NCBI RefSeq assembly: GCF_964355755.1
Contig: NC_092672.1
Location: forward strand, 30,820,437 to 30,884,436
Source: Antedon mediterranea
Lineage: Eukaryota; Animalia; Echinodermata
DNA length: 64,000 bases
Reading direction: 5' to 3'
The stretch's first letter is position 1; every line of letters starts with the position of its first letter. Below, in pieces: positions 11,432-25,169 of the stretch. A program made the translations under genes and the position numbers. Below the pieces are notes generated by a model, which saw nothing but the letters and a program-made list of their open reading frames with translations, was not told the origin of the DNA and ran no database searches.

Positions 11432-11812
11432 TATGTCCCTCTTAAATTGTTTATAGGCGTTAGGTAAGCCTAAAATCTAAAAAATCTCAATAAATTATAG
11501 TATTTAAATATTATTGTTATATTATATGAATTGAATGCATGTTGTATGGAACCCAGGTAATACTACTTAATATTAATATTAAAATTATAGGGGCATATAG
11601 AATAGAAAAATAAAAGCAAAATATATAAAAAAATCAAAAATGTAAACTATTATATAGTATGTCCCTCTTAAATTGTCTATAGGCGCTAGGTAAACCTAAA
11701 ATCTAAAAAATCACAGTAAATTATAGTTTTTAAATATTAGTATTATATTATATAAATGCATGTTGTATGGAACCTAAGTAATACTACTTAATTTTAATTT
11801 TAAAATTATATG
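11432..11812. repeat. Local tandem duplication (~226-bp period)
   Basis: TATGTCCCTCTTAAATTGT...GTAATACTACTTAAT occurs at ~11432-11590 and again at ~11658-11812. Confidence 0.85.
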
Positions 11813-13724
11813 GAATATAAAATAAAAAAGTACATCTAAGAAATCAATATATATTTGTATGCGCAACATTAATAACCGATAAGTCGGCAAAATTGAATAC
11901 CAAGAACAAAACAAGAAAAGTAGCGTAGCAAACGAAATATTGTACAAATTAAAAGAGACACTAGCCGACAATGTTTTAGCCTAGACCTTCAGTAACCATA
12001 TACTTAACCCCGCCTAATTTACGATCGCATCGTTAATCTTAGTCTTAAGTGTATCATCCTCCAAGATTGACACAATACGAACTGATTAATGTCTATGATT
12101 ATACTGGAATATGTAACATTCTTTCTCAAAAGGAAAAAGTTAGACATTCCATCCATTGATTATTATGCGCTATTATAATTATGAAGAAGCGTTTAAAAAA
12201 AATACTCGGCTAAGTTTTTGTTGAATTTTCCGAAAATAGGTTCAAACTCCAAAAAAAGTCTTGTCTTTGAAGGTTACGTCAAATATAGAATAGATACGGT
12301 TTTATCCAGCAAGTATGTCTAAATTCCAGCCAAGAAATATCTACATTCCTTTATTATAATTTACCTGATTCACTTTATGGTTGCTCTTTTTTTAATATAT
12401 TTAATCAATTTCTTTGTATTATCATTAAACTCCATGTTGTTTGTAAAGTCAATATAGAGCCTGCCCTTTCTTCTAACCAGTTGTCGGACTTTAGATTTTT
12501 CTTCCGGTTTATATTTCTGCATTTTTAATTGGATATGCCTAAACGTCTTCTTGTTTTTTTTATTTTGTCTACACTCTACAAAAAAATATTTGCATGTTAT
12601 TAATTTTAAAATCACTTTTCTTTGTGTAGGCCTATATTTCCGTTTTGTGTTTGACAATTCTAGAAAGGAAAAGCGATTATGGCGTTGAAATTATTGGTAT
12701 ATTTTTATTCTACATAATTATAATTATAATATTATGCTTTAACATTGCTATACTTAATAAAGTAAGTTTTAAACTAAGTATGCAAACGTCGTCCAGTAAC
12801 CACATTACACTCTATATATTTTATTAGACAATGCATTGCAATTATTTCATTATACATTTTATATGTTTTAAATACTGTAGGAGTTTATACTTACACGTCG
12901 TGTGTGTGATTGTAACTTATCATTATTTGCTTCTGTAGGAAAAAATAAAAAATCACTGTTTTCCTACATTACAGATTAATGTATTACTGTATTAAAATAG
13001 TGATATTAGTGATATTAAGATGAACAGTATATGGAATGCCTAGTAATAATATATAGCCCACCGCCATAGAAATGCGAAATGTTGTTCAAACATTACCTTT
13101 TTATTATTTTAATATTTTTTTCCTTTTAAAGTCTTGTACCTGAAAATAATAATGCTTATATATAAGACGGATACACCTAAGCGTGTAAGTTAATGTCATC
13201 CCATTCCTCACTCTTCTTTGTGGTTTAACGGTATTGAGCACACACAAAAATAACCATCTGTATATACGTACTGGTAAACTGGAAAATTATTACATTTTTT
13301 TAACCAAAAAATACAGACACAAATTGTAAAAATACTCTAGTGACGTTTCGTCTTCATTTCATTTCATTGCGTTTTGTACGTTTGTTTGGATTGCTCTGCA
13401 TATCTGTAGTGGGTTAAAATAAACCAGAAAAGGTTGTTGCCCACTCTGTAACCCAGTGAGGAGTCTTTTACGGGCATTTACAGGATGGCGGCCAAAATAT
13501 TCATATAGCTTATATCTTCGTAATGACTGGTGTTACAGGGTTCATTTTAGTGTATTTTATGTATATATATATATATATATATATGTATATTTATTCTAAT
13601 ACAACATTTTGGGAAAAATGGCTGCAACTACCATTTCTGGCATTTTGACATTAGGCCTTGTCTTATATCTCTGTTACTAATAATCTTTGAGACAAAAAAT
13701 AAAATGCAAATTGCTCAGGGCCTG

Positions 13725-14540
13725 TCTATATATATCAATTTACGTAAGGGCAAAGTTCGGTAAACCGCGCGTTACTCCTAGAATGTTTACTCGATGGTAT
13801 ATAAAGTTGTTTTATACTTTCGGTACTGATTTTAACTACCTGATGTAACCCTGTTTACTAATTAAGTTCAGTTAGATAATTAGTTATAGACCGGCAGCCC
13901 AGAAATATTTGGTTAGATTAGCTAGGTACCAATATCTGACTATTTGAGTGTGTTGGGGGTAACTTGAAGTCCATGAAAATGGGAGTCTGCCGGGTACCCC
14001 CTGCTGTGTCTAGACCGGGGGGCCCCGAAACGTGCTAACAAATCGGCCCAGGTTAGATGAGAGAGATACCACCTAATTTTACCACCATGGGATGCCCATT
14101 GGTATTCTTATACCAGTATCACAAACGACAGACCTTTTCTCTGCTGCAAAAGGCCCGCCAGACCCCCTGAGGGAGGGCCTAAAATGGGGTTAGCATAGAT
14201 GAGTGAGGTACCACTCAAAATTAATTCCAAATGAACAAGTTGTGTTCATACAATACTACATGGATAACAATAGACTAATTGTCTGCTGCACCGCAATGCC
14301 AGACACCCTAAAGCTAGACTAGATGCCCCCCCCCCCCCTTCTCCCAACTAGCCCTTAGATATTGTAGATACCACCAGCAACCAATGTTATATGATTTAGC
14401 ACATTGTAAGCAATACCAAATGATCTATTACAGACTATCTGTACACTGCCTTGGCCCTGGCAGACCCCTCTAAAGTTAGACTAGAGACCCCCCTTTCCAC
14501 AACTTTCCCAGCTTAGATATTGTAGATACCACCAGCAGCA
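13725..14540 (+). mobile_element. Helitron-related fragment sharing its 5' end with the 1.44-kb family
   Basis: TCTATATATATCAATTTACGTAAGGGCAAAGTTCGGTAAA... matches the 5' ~150 bp of the elements ending at 26606/28038. The interior differs, has ~150-bp subrepeats and partly matches 21730-21878 reversed. Right boundary uncertain. Confidence 0.6.
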
Positions 14541-14949
14541 AAAAAAAAACACCTAAAACAACATGTTTAATTGAATAAAGTTTAACTATAATCGAACTAA
14601 CAAAAAACAATTGAAAATATATCACATCAATGACGATAAAATGACCATTACCATTTTAAAGGGAAAAATAGTTTAAGAGTTTCACTTCAAACTTATATAA
14701 GCCAAATATAAACAAGTACGGATTCGGGTAAATTTAGCATTCCTGCTAGAATTGTGCGTGAGGATCTGGAATTTCTTGCCTTTGAATGTCAAAGATACAT
14801 TCGTCTGTAACTCTTGCGACCTATTTTAAGAGAAAGCTTAGTAATCACCTTAATCAATTCAAATTCAGGATTGTTGTAACTTAATCAAAAGTGATTTAAT
14901 TAATTAATAGTTGGTAATTTTAAATGCTGTATATTATAATCTTAATCCT

Positions 14950-15333
14950 CAATAAAAATAATGTAAGATGAGGGCGTATCAATTTGATCTCTGGTGCGCG
15001 TGCGTACAACTGACGACTAGTGCTGTTCCGCCGTACCACGCCGAGAATGTTAAAGAGTCGCTATCCAATCGAGTTCGAACAATACCATTAAATCCCCAGT
15101 GGTCTAATGGTTAGGACATCTGCATATCAAGCAGGCGGTCCGAGTTCGAGTCTTGGTTGGGGCGACTTTTTCTCATTCTCACAGATTTCCTCATCTTTAT
15201 CGTTTCAAATTAATTAATTAAATTTCAGTATATCACCGTGTCCATTGGGAAAATCGCCTGGTGATACACTGAAAATTATTTAATTAATTTTTGAAACGAT
15301 AAAGATATATATATAAAATAAAATAAAATAACA

Positions 15334-15382
<49 letters not shown>

Positions 15383-15820
15383 AGAGGCAAAGAACATTAA
15401 TTCTAAACCGCCCGGTGATATACTGAAATTTAATTAATTAATTTGAAACGATAAAGATGAGGAAATCTGTGAGAATGAGAAAAAGTCGCCCCAACCGAGG
15501 CTCGAACTCGGACCGCCTGCTTGATATGCAGATGTCCTAACCATTAGACCACTGGGGCTTTCATGGTATTGTTCGAACTCGATTGGATAGCGACTCTTTA
15601 ACATTCTCGGCGTGGTACGGCGGAACAGCACTAGTCCTCAGTTGTACGCACGCGCACCAGAGATCAAATTGATACGCCCTCATCTTACAGTATTTTTATT
15701 CACGAGGCGGGATCTCAGAAGAGATACTTTTATATATATAAACAAATCAGGCACAGAACATTAATTCTGAACCGCCCGGTGATATACTGAAATTTAATTA
15801 ATTAATTTGAAACGATAAAT
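14950..15820. repeat. tRNA-containing repeat, inverted pair around a (TA)n tract
   Basis: Plus copy ~14950-15238 and minus copies 15259-15305 and 15381-15818. Confidence 0.9.
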
Positions 15821-16039
15821 AAACTGTCATGAGCACAGTTACCGCTAACTTTGTAGGAACCAACTTACCCGGGTAAATAATGAACTATAAATAAATATGA
15901 ACTGGCTCTAAGATACTGAAAAAATAAGTATAGGCCTACAGTACGGTACAACTTTAGTGGGTAGGAACCAACTTAAGTATGAACTGGCTCTAAGAAACAA
16001 TTAAAAACCATTAGGCCTACTCCTGATGGATTCCTCTTC

Positions 16040-16260
16040 AACCATTCTAGAGAGATAATTGCTATTAGAGGGTAATCCCATTGCAATTCCTTCATGTTGT
16101 TTATATATCTGGTTGGTGGATGAAGTCCATGATTTCTTCCACTGTAAGATTCGTTCTCGGGTGTACGATCTTCGGCTGTAGGAGGTTTTTGTAAATAAGG
16201 AAACAGCGTCAAATGAGGTCATCACTTCATTAATATCAATCATTCTCCTAACCTGTTTTA
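16040..16260 (-). pseudogene. Penelope-like reverse transcriptase remnant
   Basis: EVMTSFDAVSLFT...IYKQHEGIAMGLPS resembles the PLE RT motifs SFDVxSLFT and YxQxxGxAMGSP; heavily deleted. Confidence 0.75.
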
Positions 16261-16356
16261 AATCGAGTTTAAACAGAAACGACTAGCGGTAGCAGTCTGA
16301 GACCGTTCGTGCTGTTCATCAACGTTCAAGTCTACCTAAAAAAGTGGTTCGAGCTG

Positions 16357-16712
16357 TAGTACGGCGGAACAGCATTAGTCCCTCAATTGCACGCACGCGC
16401 ACCAGAGATCAAATTGATACACCCTCATCTATCAGTATTTTTATTCACGAAGCGGGATCTCCATAGAGATACTTTTTATATATACAAAAACATTAGTCAT
16501 AGAACATTCATTCTAAACCGCCCGGTGATATACTGAAATTTAATTAATTAGTTTGAAACGATAAGATGAGGAAATCTGTGAGAATGAGAAAAAGCTCCAA
16601 CCGAGATTCGAACCCGGACCTCCTGCTTGATATGCAGATGTCCTAACAATTATACCACTGGGGCTTTCATGGTATAGTTCAAACACAATTGGATATCGAC
16701 TCTTTTATTCAC
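16357..16712 (-). repeat. Diverged copy of the tRNA-containing repeat, directly upstream of the PLE RT remnant
   Basis: Matches the unit up to ...TGCTGTTCCGCCGTAC (minus strand), then diverges toward the RT fragment. Confidence 0.85.
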
Positions 16713-16821
16713 GAGTATATGTATATATACTGTTTACAAAAAAACATTAAAAAAAGATTTAAAGTTTCTGATCAGTGTCATTTTAAAGCTCTAATGTGTT
16801 TCCATGTAACTTTGTCTCATG

Positions 16822-19800
16822 AATATACTGTTTACAAGACGTTCATTGGGTAGAATCACAAACAACGCAAATAGAATCCGAGTGGGGACACAAATGTTTT
16901 ATTAGCTATGGAAAATCAAATTCTAGGGGAGTCGCTATTCTGCTAAATAACAATTTCGAATACTCCATCAATGATGTTAAAAAAGATAACTATGGTAATT
17001 AGAGTGAGAGATATTGACTTAATAATAATGAATGTTTACGGGCCTAATAAAGATGATCCTTCTTTCTATCAGGAAGTTAAAAAAGTGATCGAATTATTCA
17101 CTAGCCCTTAAATTCTGATTTTGCGGTGACTGGAATCTTGTTCAAAATGAAAATCTAGACCTATTTAACTATCAACATGTAAATAATCCTAAAGCTAAAA
17201 CAATTGTACATTCAACAAATTATGCTAGACTTGGATCTGTGTGACATATGGAGAAAAAAAAACCAAACGAGAAGCGCTATACGTGGCGATCAAAAAATCC
17301 TTTTAAACAAGCAAGGCTTGATTACTTTTTGACCTCAAACAATTTATTGCACCTAGTGTCAAATGCAAACATCCTACCAAGTTATAAGTCTGATCACTCC
17401 ATAGTGACAATAACACTTGACTTAAAAAGCATAGAAAGAGGAAAGGGGTTTTGGAAATTTAATAATTCACTTCTCTATGACCAAGATTATGTTACACTCA
17501 TAAATGAAATTATAGAGAATACGATTAAAAGCTATACCAACACCACACCTAAAGACCCAGAGAATAATAAGTTAAATCTAACTATAAATGACCAACTATT
17601 TTTTGAGGTGTTGCTTTGCAATATTCGTGGAGGTACAATAAAATATAGTTCAAGAAGAAATAAAGCCATTCGTAATTTGGAAAAAGAATTAATTTATAAC
17701 ATAGAAGAGATGGAAAACGATCTCGCACAACAAACATTAGATATTAATCACAGAACACAGAGTAAAAGAAATTAAACAAAAGCTCGCCTAGAAGACATTC
17801 GAAACGAAAAGTTAAAGGGGGCATTTAATAGATCTCATGCTAAGTGGATAGAAGAGGCTGAAAAGCCAACCAAATTTTTCTTAGGCCTCGAGAAAACTAA
17901 CTTTACGAACAAATTAATAGACGAATTAATAGATGAAGAAAAAAAACCATATTGGACAATAAACTTATAATAAAGGAAGTTGAGCATTTTTACAGTTCTT
18001 TATATGAAAAAAAAGATATAGAGCAAATAGATTTAAACGTATTAATAACAAACCAGAACTTCGAAAAAGTTTCAGAAGAAGAGTCTCAAAAGCTTCAGAG
18101 TGAATTGACCTTAGCTGAGCTTACAAATACACTCAATAAAATGAAAAACAACAAATCAACTGGAACAGACGGCTTTACGTCTGAATTTTTCAGGATTTTT
18201 TGGGGGAAACTGGGTGCTCTACTTCTTCGTTCTTTGAAATATGGCTTTAAAACCTGTAATCTTTCAGTCACTCAAAAACAGGAAGCAACCACTCTAATCC
18301 CAAAGCCGAATAAATCAAGAAAAGAATTAAAAAATTGGCGTCCTATATCCTTATTAAATGTTGCTTACAAAATTGCTTCATCGGCCATAGCAGAGAGGCT
18401 AAAATCTGTCTTTCCAAATATCATTAATGAAAACCAAGCGGGATTTATAAAAGGTAGATATATTGGAGAAAATGTTCGTATTTTATATGATATCCTCTCA
18501 CTCTATGACGAAAAAAACCTACCTGGTCTCGTATTACTGGGAGATTTCGAGAAAGCTTTTGATTCTCTGGCGTTCAAATTTATTGATAAGTGTTTGACCT
18601 TCTTTAATTTTGGACCAACTCTTAAGAAATGGTGTAGACTTTTTTACACGAATATCTCTTCATGCGTTCTAGTTAATAGACACCCCAGCAATTTTTTCAA
18701 TATTGGAAGAGGTTGCAGACAGGGCGATCCGCTATCTCCATACCTATTTATTCTGGGAGTGGAAATTCTAAACATAATGGTACGCCAAAATATTAATATT
18801 AAAGGAGTAAAATTGATACCTCTGAGATTAAAATGTTACGCAGATGGCACTGCTTTTCTTCTGGGCGGCTCACACAAATCACTTACTGAATGCATTTTTT
18901 TGTATTTTTGTATTAATATTTGTCCTCAGTGAAGAAATTCGGATTAGGCCCTCCACGGACCCACGGCAGCCAGCAGTGCAGCGCCTACCAGATTAGGCAA
19001 TGAGAGTAAAGCATCTTGCCTAAGGATGCAATTAGTATGGTACAGATAACCTCGAACCCATGCCTATCACATGCTAGTCCGATATTACCATTACACCATC
19101 ACTCTCCAGTATATACAGCACCCGCCACGATTTCTAGACGGTCTCCCATCCAGAACGCAACCGGGCCCAACGTTGCTTAACTTCGGTGATCTGACGAAAA
19201 CCGGTGTTTCAACGCAGTATGGCCGTATGAGTACACTTTCAAAATTTGAAAGGATGTCTGGTTTAAAAATTAACATTTCCAAATCCAAAGCAATATGGTT
19301 TGGATTAAAAAAGTTCTCGAGTGAACAAATTAATACTAATTCAAATCTTCACTGGTGTGATAAAGGCCGTTTTGATTGTTTGGGTGTTACATTTGACTTA
19401 GAAATAAGCAAAATGACTAAAATAAATGTTAAAGAGATAACGAGTAAAATTAGGTCTACTATCAATGGGTCGGGTAAGGGAAATCTTACTGTGTTGGGAA
19501 GATTAACTGTGTTAAAATCTCTAATATTATCAAAACTTAATTATATTTTTACAATGTTGCCAAACCCTACTACAGCTTATCTAAGTGAACTTAATAGGAT
19601 GTTTTTTAATTTTTTCTGGAAGGGAAAGGATAAAATCAAAAGAAATAAGCTTATTAGAGAGTATAAAGATGGCGGAATTAACATGATAGATATCTTCAGT
19701 TACATAAAGGCAGTTAAGATTAGTTGGATGCGAAGAATTCGTAACAACACTGGAATTCTCAATGTAGTTTTCAACAAAATATGCCATGGTAAAAAAACTG

Positions 19801-20949
19801 AATCAATCTTTAAATACGGCTCATGCATGATTCAGAGTCTGTCGAAAAATATGAACAATTTGTTCTGGAGAGATGTTCTCCATTCATGGTCCGAGTTTAT
19901 TGCTATTCATAATTCAACAGCATCTGCAAGAACCAATATGGTTGAATGATTCGATTCTAATCAATAACTTTCCAATTTTTTACACCAATTATTATGAGTG
20001 TGGCGTAAGGTTCATAAATGATTTAATCTCGGATAGATGAACCTTGCTTAGTTATGAAAACTTCAAAAAACACTATAAGGTGAAAAAAAAATAATTTCCT
20101 TAAATACTATGGATTAATTGATGCAATTATAACTAAATTCCCTTCTTTGGGTACAGAAATAAATACTAAATTACAAAACCCAATAAATTTAACCATACTT
20201 GAAACCATAACCAAACCCCAAACAGGATGTAAAGCTTTTTATAGTAAGTTTATTCAAAACAAAGACTTTACCTGTAAAGCTAAACAAAAGTGGGGTAAAA
20301 TCTTAAATGTTGAATTCTCGGAACATGAATGGAAAGAAATTAATGTTGCAACTTTTAATGTGACCGACAACGTAAAACTACGATGGTTCCAATACAGACT
20401 TAACAACAGTATCCTCACAACTAAAGTTTACCTTAAGATTATTAAGTACATCGACGAAGATAACTGCTCCTTTTGTAACATTAGAAGAGAAACAGTTTAT
20501 CATTTATTCTGTAAATGTAATGTCAGTCGATGGATAAGCAATTTTTTTGTTCAATGGTGCTCTCGAAATCTTGATATTCACATAATATGTGTATCTGAAA
20601 GTGAACTGTTTTTTAGTAATACACCATCCAATAGGATTAATTTACTTTTGTCAATACTAAAGTTGTATATATATAAGAGTAAGATTTCGGGCCTCCTCTC
20701 ACCCACCGGCCTCATAAGCTTTGTAAAATATTACTTTACAAGTACGAGTGCCTGGGATAATCTTCTGTAACATATATTTGTATCGCTCTATATTCTGACT
20801 GTGCACAACTGTATTTATTTTATAAGAAGGTGTTTATATAGGAGAATTGATTTTGTATAATTTTTCTATTTTTACTCTTGTCTGCTTTTTTTGTATTTCA
20901 ATGTATTAATGAAAGATTAAAAATAAAAAAAAAATAAAATAAAACAAAA
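16822..20949 (+). mobile_element. 5'-truncated, decayed L1/Tx1-clade LINE (APE, RT, C-terminal Zn finger)
   Basis: APE motifs (CLQDVH, SRGVAIL, NVYGPN, GDWN, RLDYF, SDH); RT (NWRPISLLN, DFEKAFD, GCRQGDPLSP, YADG); CSFC...HLFCKC; A-rich tail 20919-20949; 14-bp TSD AACTTTGTCTCATG (16808-16821, 20950-20963); several frameshifts. Confidence 0.95.
18895..19226 (-). mobile_element. 5S + tRNA hybrid SINE, copy 2, inserted in the LINE RT
   Basis: Same head and tail as 9924-10340. Removing it restores ...HKSLTEC|MSTLSKFERMSGLKIN. It has TCCTTAGGCAAGATGCTTTAC in place of the Deu/Nin block. Confidence 0.92.
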
Positions 20950-20963
20950 AACTTTGTCTCATG

Positions 20964-21240
20964 CTTCCTCCCGACGTCTCTGGAGATCACGATAATTTGC
21001 CAGTTTGAAACCGCGGGCCTTTAGGTCTTTTTGCATAACTCCAAGAAGATTTGTTTTGTGACGACATCCAAAAACTGCAAATGACAGAGCCTGGTATGCA
21101 TGAGATGTTCCTTCTATTCTGAGGACGTGGCCAAACATTCAACACCGTTCTTTATGATGGTTGGCCACTTGATATTTGAAATATGTCAAGGTGGCGTCGA
21201 TGTGCTATGTCAATATCATCTAGTGCGTAGCATCTAGTCA
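20964..21240 (-). mobile_element. Decayed RTE-like LINE 3' remnant, the host of the L1 insertion (continues at ~16760-16807)
   Basis: Minus strand reads MFGHVLRIE...GVMQKDLK...REEA*DKVTWK across the L1 TSD. Confidence 0.55.
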
Positions 21241-21877
21241 AACTTTAGGGTGTCTGGTACTTGCGGTGCAGTGGACAATTATTCTGTCGTTACCCATTTA
21301 GTATTGTATGAATTCAACTTGTTAAATTGGTATTAATTGTGAGTGGTATCTCACTCATCTATGCTATCTCTATTTTTTAGGCCCTCCGTGAAGGGTCTGG
21401 CGGGCGGCGATATTTTTTTTCTTACAGTCGAGTGGATTAGACAAGGGATTCTACATGTCGATGTGTGGGGTTCGAATCACATGAGTTACTTCATTTTACT
21501 TTATAGTGAGATAAATATTATTTAGAAGGTTAGGTTTAGTTATATTTAGGAAGTAGTTCGATTATCTTTCACATAATGGGTCCTCAACTTACGTACGAAA
21601 AAAAATCGCTGGCAGTGGAAAAATGCCTGTCGTTTGTGAATTTGGTATGAGGATGTAAATAAGCATCACATGGTGGTGAAATTAGTTGGTGTCTCTCTCG
21701 TCTATCTGGTATCATTTTATAAGCACCTTCCGTGGTCCCCGGGTATATACGCAGTGGGGGTACCCAGCAGACTCCATATTTTCTTTGACTTCAGGTAACC
21801 CCCAATACACTTACAGTACATAGTCAGATATCGATACCTAGCTCATCTAACCAAATGTATATGGGCTGCTTGTCTAT

Positions 21878-22225
21878 ATCCCCAAATAGAAAGGAGAGCT
21901 TTAAGCATTGTGCTTGCACTTAAGAAATTCTATCCAATCATATACGGTAACAAGTTTACACTTATCACAGACAATAAACATCTAGTTGTCATTTTTGGTT
22001 CTAAAATGATTTACCTGTCTTAGCAGCAGAAAGAATGAAACGCTTGTCATTGTCTGTTGTTTTTTTTTTTTTGTTTCTTTGCAATCCCTCCTAAGCTTCC
22101 TAGTAGACTTATGGTCATTTAGGGATTTTAAATATGAAGAGCATTGGTCGATCGTATATTTGGTTCCCAAATATTGATTCCGAAATTGAACGTTTTGCAA
22201 AGGCATGCGATTCTTGTCAATGAAA
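21878..22225 (+). mobile_element. Gypsy pol remnant (RNase H and integrase Zn-finger pieces)
   Basis: QIERRALSIV..LKKFYPIIYGNKFTLITDNKHL and RSYIWFPNIDSEIERFAKACDSCQ in broken frames. Confidence 0.75.
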
Positions 22226-22270
22226 AAGACTAATTGAAGAGTGTTATCTAGGATATGGTTAGATAAATAT

Positions 22271-24748
22271 TTAAGATGTTACCTTATTTATATTTCGTAG
22301 ATTATTAATTTTTCTGTTTACGAATAAAAACAAACTTCTGTAACTGTATTGCTCGCGTGAATATTGACTTTTGACCGATGATAATAAAAAGCTATCATGG
22401 CTATCGAGTAGAAACAACTTGTGATGGTTTAATCTTTTCTTGAACTCTAAACTAGCTAGAAACACGTCACGTTTAAACCAACCCAAGGACATAATACTTT
22501 CTTTGCGATGAACTTGGAAATGTGATAAAAAACGGAAGTATTGTTGTCCACAATTGGACAACGAAATGTCACTAGAAAATGTATACCATTTGTGTCTCTC
22601 TTTGTTGGTTCAACAAACATTATATAATAATTTCTAGTTTATTATATTCAGAACCAGATATATTTATTTAATAGAATATTACTGGTACATTTCTAATTTA
22701 TTTTTAGCATAGTTACCTCGCTGCTTTAGAGTCTTTTGTAGCTATTAAAAAAAGATCATAAAAATTAAACACTTACTGCATGTTACTATGTTGTATTTAT
22801 AAATGTTTCCCATATTCCTTTTAAAATGACTAATATAATTTGTTTAGTAGTAGCCTAGTATGCGAGTGGTTTTTTTTTACATTTTAAATTTAAAAATTCG
22901 AAAGATATACATTTTCCTGAGTTACCTTCACTGGAATCTGAATCTGTTGAAGTCAGTCTTCTCTTATTTCCTGAAATAAAATCACTTGAGTTTTTACAGC
23001 GTGCCTCATCGCCTTTTTCAATAGATGTTACTTACATAAATTATACTATTATTATATTTATTTATAAATTACAATTTTTTCTATAGCTATACACTAATAC
23101 TAATTATCATATATACAAGATCGTATAACAAAAATTAATAATTATAAAGAAATAATAACCATTAAAAACAAATTTTCAAAATGTTTGTATAATTATGAAT
23201 TACAAACTTGGAATGTGGAGCTATGAGACACAGAGGAAAAAAACAAATAAAGAACGACTGTATTAAATAATTATGGCGATTAACAGTAAAATTGTACACC
23301 ATGCAAGTCCAGTAAAATACACGGGCTCTATTTTCGTAATCTGATAATTTTTGTTAATTTTGTGCTGCATCAATGACGGTAAAGAAAGACATGATTTGAG
23401 GTATTTAGATTTTTTTTTAATAGGCCTAAGTTCATAAAGAAATTGCAACCGTTTAGGTTATATTGGTGTTCAGTACATATAATTACATATTGTAATTCTG
23501 TAAGATAGAACTAGTATAAGATGACATATAGCCAATAATTCCACTGTTAATGATCATCATTTGCTTTTTAGGAAATATTAATTTACATTCTCTCACAATT
23601 TACAAAAAGTTGTACACACCTTGTGCTGGAACCTGTCTTGCTGCCTGATATGAGGTATGTGCTGTTGTCTCATCTGGTGATTGTGCTCTTATATGAGTTT
23701 CATAGGGTGTTCCTTCTATATAAAACAAAATATGCGCATAGCAAAATGGTGTAAAATATTTTGAAACCTAATAGCCATTTGTACTTATTTATTTTGATGT
23801 TATTTTACTTGAAGTAAAGTAGCATATATTTAAACTATTACAGTATCACTAAAACACGATAATTTAACCACCAGAAGAAGATACGGTAATTGTTATCAAA
23901 GAAACACCTTCAAGCAAGTAATGTAATGCAAAGTAAGTTCGTGATACTCTCTCTTTTCTAAATCAATTACAAGGTAGGCTTACTTAGTAGTACGTTTAGC
24001 AATTTCGTTTAGGTTTTGGCAAATTGTTCGATTTTTTGCTGTGAATCCAATGCTCCATGTTTCTCCATGTAATATACAACATCCCATATTATTCTTAAAG
24101 TCGAATCTGGTCAGTTGGTAAAAAGCAGTAACCTGTGAAGTCACTTTCTTCAACATTTTTGAGTGCTTTAAACAGTGCTTTGCGATATTCTGTTAATCTT
24201 GTACCTGTTGTATCACTAATTTGGATAGTGTTCATGTATGTTTTTATACGATTTATGCGAACGCCAGGCAAGATGTTACTTTAGCAATATCAAACAACAA
24301 TCAAACATCAGTTTTGGAAATCTTTTTTGAAATTTCTATGGTACCAACTAAAAGCATCTCTCGAACCCTGAAATTCCCTTTTGAATGATTTTAGGTATTT
24401 AGCAAGCTATTTAAAATAGGTTCATAAATAAATTAAAACATTTTAGATTAAATTCGATCTTCAAACTAATTAAAGAGTGTAACTCTGTATGATAGCGCGA
24501 CTATGAGGTTATAGCCAACAACCACCTAGGCCTATAATGATCATCATTTGCCTTTTTAGAAAATAACAATATATTTTTCCAAACGGTGTTAGGCCTATTA
24601 CAATAAATCAAAAAAACAGTTCTGAATAGCTAAACTCTTCTCCCCAACATATTGAACTACTTGAAGCATAAACACGTCAATTTTTACACACCTGGTCCTG
24701 GATTCTGTGTTGGTGTATCGGCTGGAGTCCTTGCTTCAAATGGTGTTG
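22271..24748 (-). CDS. Chain of phase-compatible small exons and a terminal exon of a DED-family gene
   Basis: Canonical AG/GT exons: 24748-24692 (TPFEARTPADTPTQNPGP, phase 1/1), 23715-23620 (GTPYETHIRAQSP..., 1/1), 22970-22926 (NKRRLTSTDSDSSE, 1/1), 22741-22717 (1/2). Then 22571-22271 joins in frame with ORF 22271..22561. Confidence 0.6.
23984..24368 (-). pseudogene. Decayed tandem-DED exon (paralog of 45583-45073)
   Basis: ISKTDV*LLFDIAKVT..YMNTIQISDTTGTRLTEYRKALFKALKNVEE..IWDVVYYMEKHGALDSQQKIEQFAK with a stop and frameshifts; GTAAGC donor at the homologous position. Confidence 0.85.
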
Positions 24749-25169
24749 CTAAAAAGCAAAATATACATAAACAAATTTACAAAAATAATAAAGACAATCT
24801 TGCATATTAAATGCTACCAACAATTTGTTTTCCAAATAATTTTCCATGCAGTAATATTACTAATTAGCCTACATAATAAAACTAATAATTAATTATAAGA
24901 ATGTCACCATCAGACGAAATAAATTCAAACAAATGTAATTAAATTAACCAATAATTTTATACAGAGTAAAATTTTGAAGTTAGCCACGAGCCTTATATCA
25001 AAAATTACCTAACATTTCGAGCGACGCGAGTTCTGACTGCTGTGTTTTATATGCTGTCTCAATGTCCATTTCCAAATGGTTTATTTTAAATTATATTGTT
25101 GTTTAATTGATTTCTGTATATTAAGAACATGTGTTAAACAAAAACCATAACAATAGCAATTGTAGTTGA

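Noticed and set aside
12370-12657. Lys/Arg-rich 95-aa ORF
   Set aside because: Explained by AT-rich composition; no motif or splice support.
19071-19228. Novel N-terminus of the 292-aa ORF
   Set aside because: It is the antisense SINE read in frame with the LINE RT, not a real domain.
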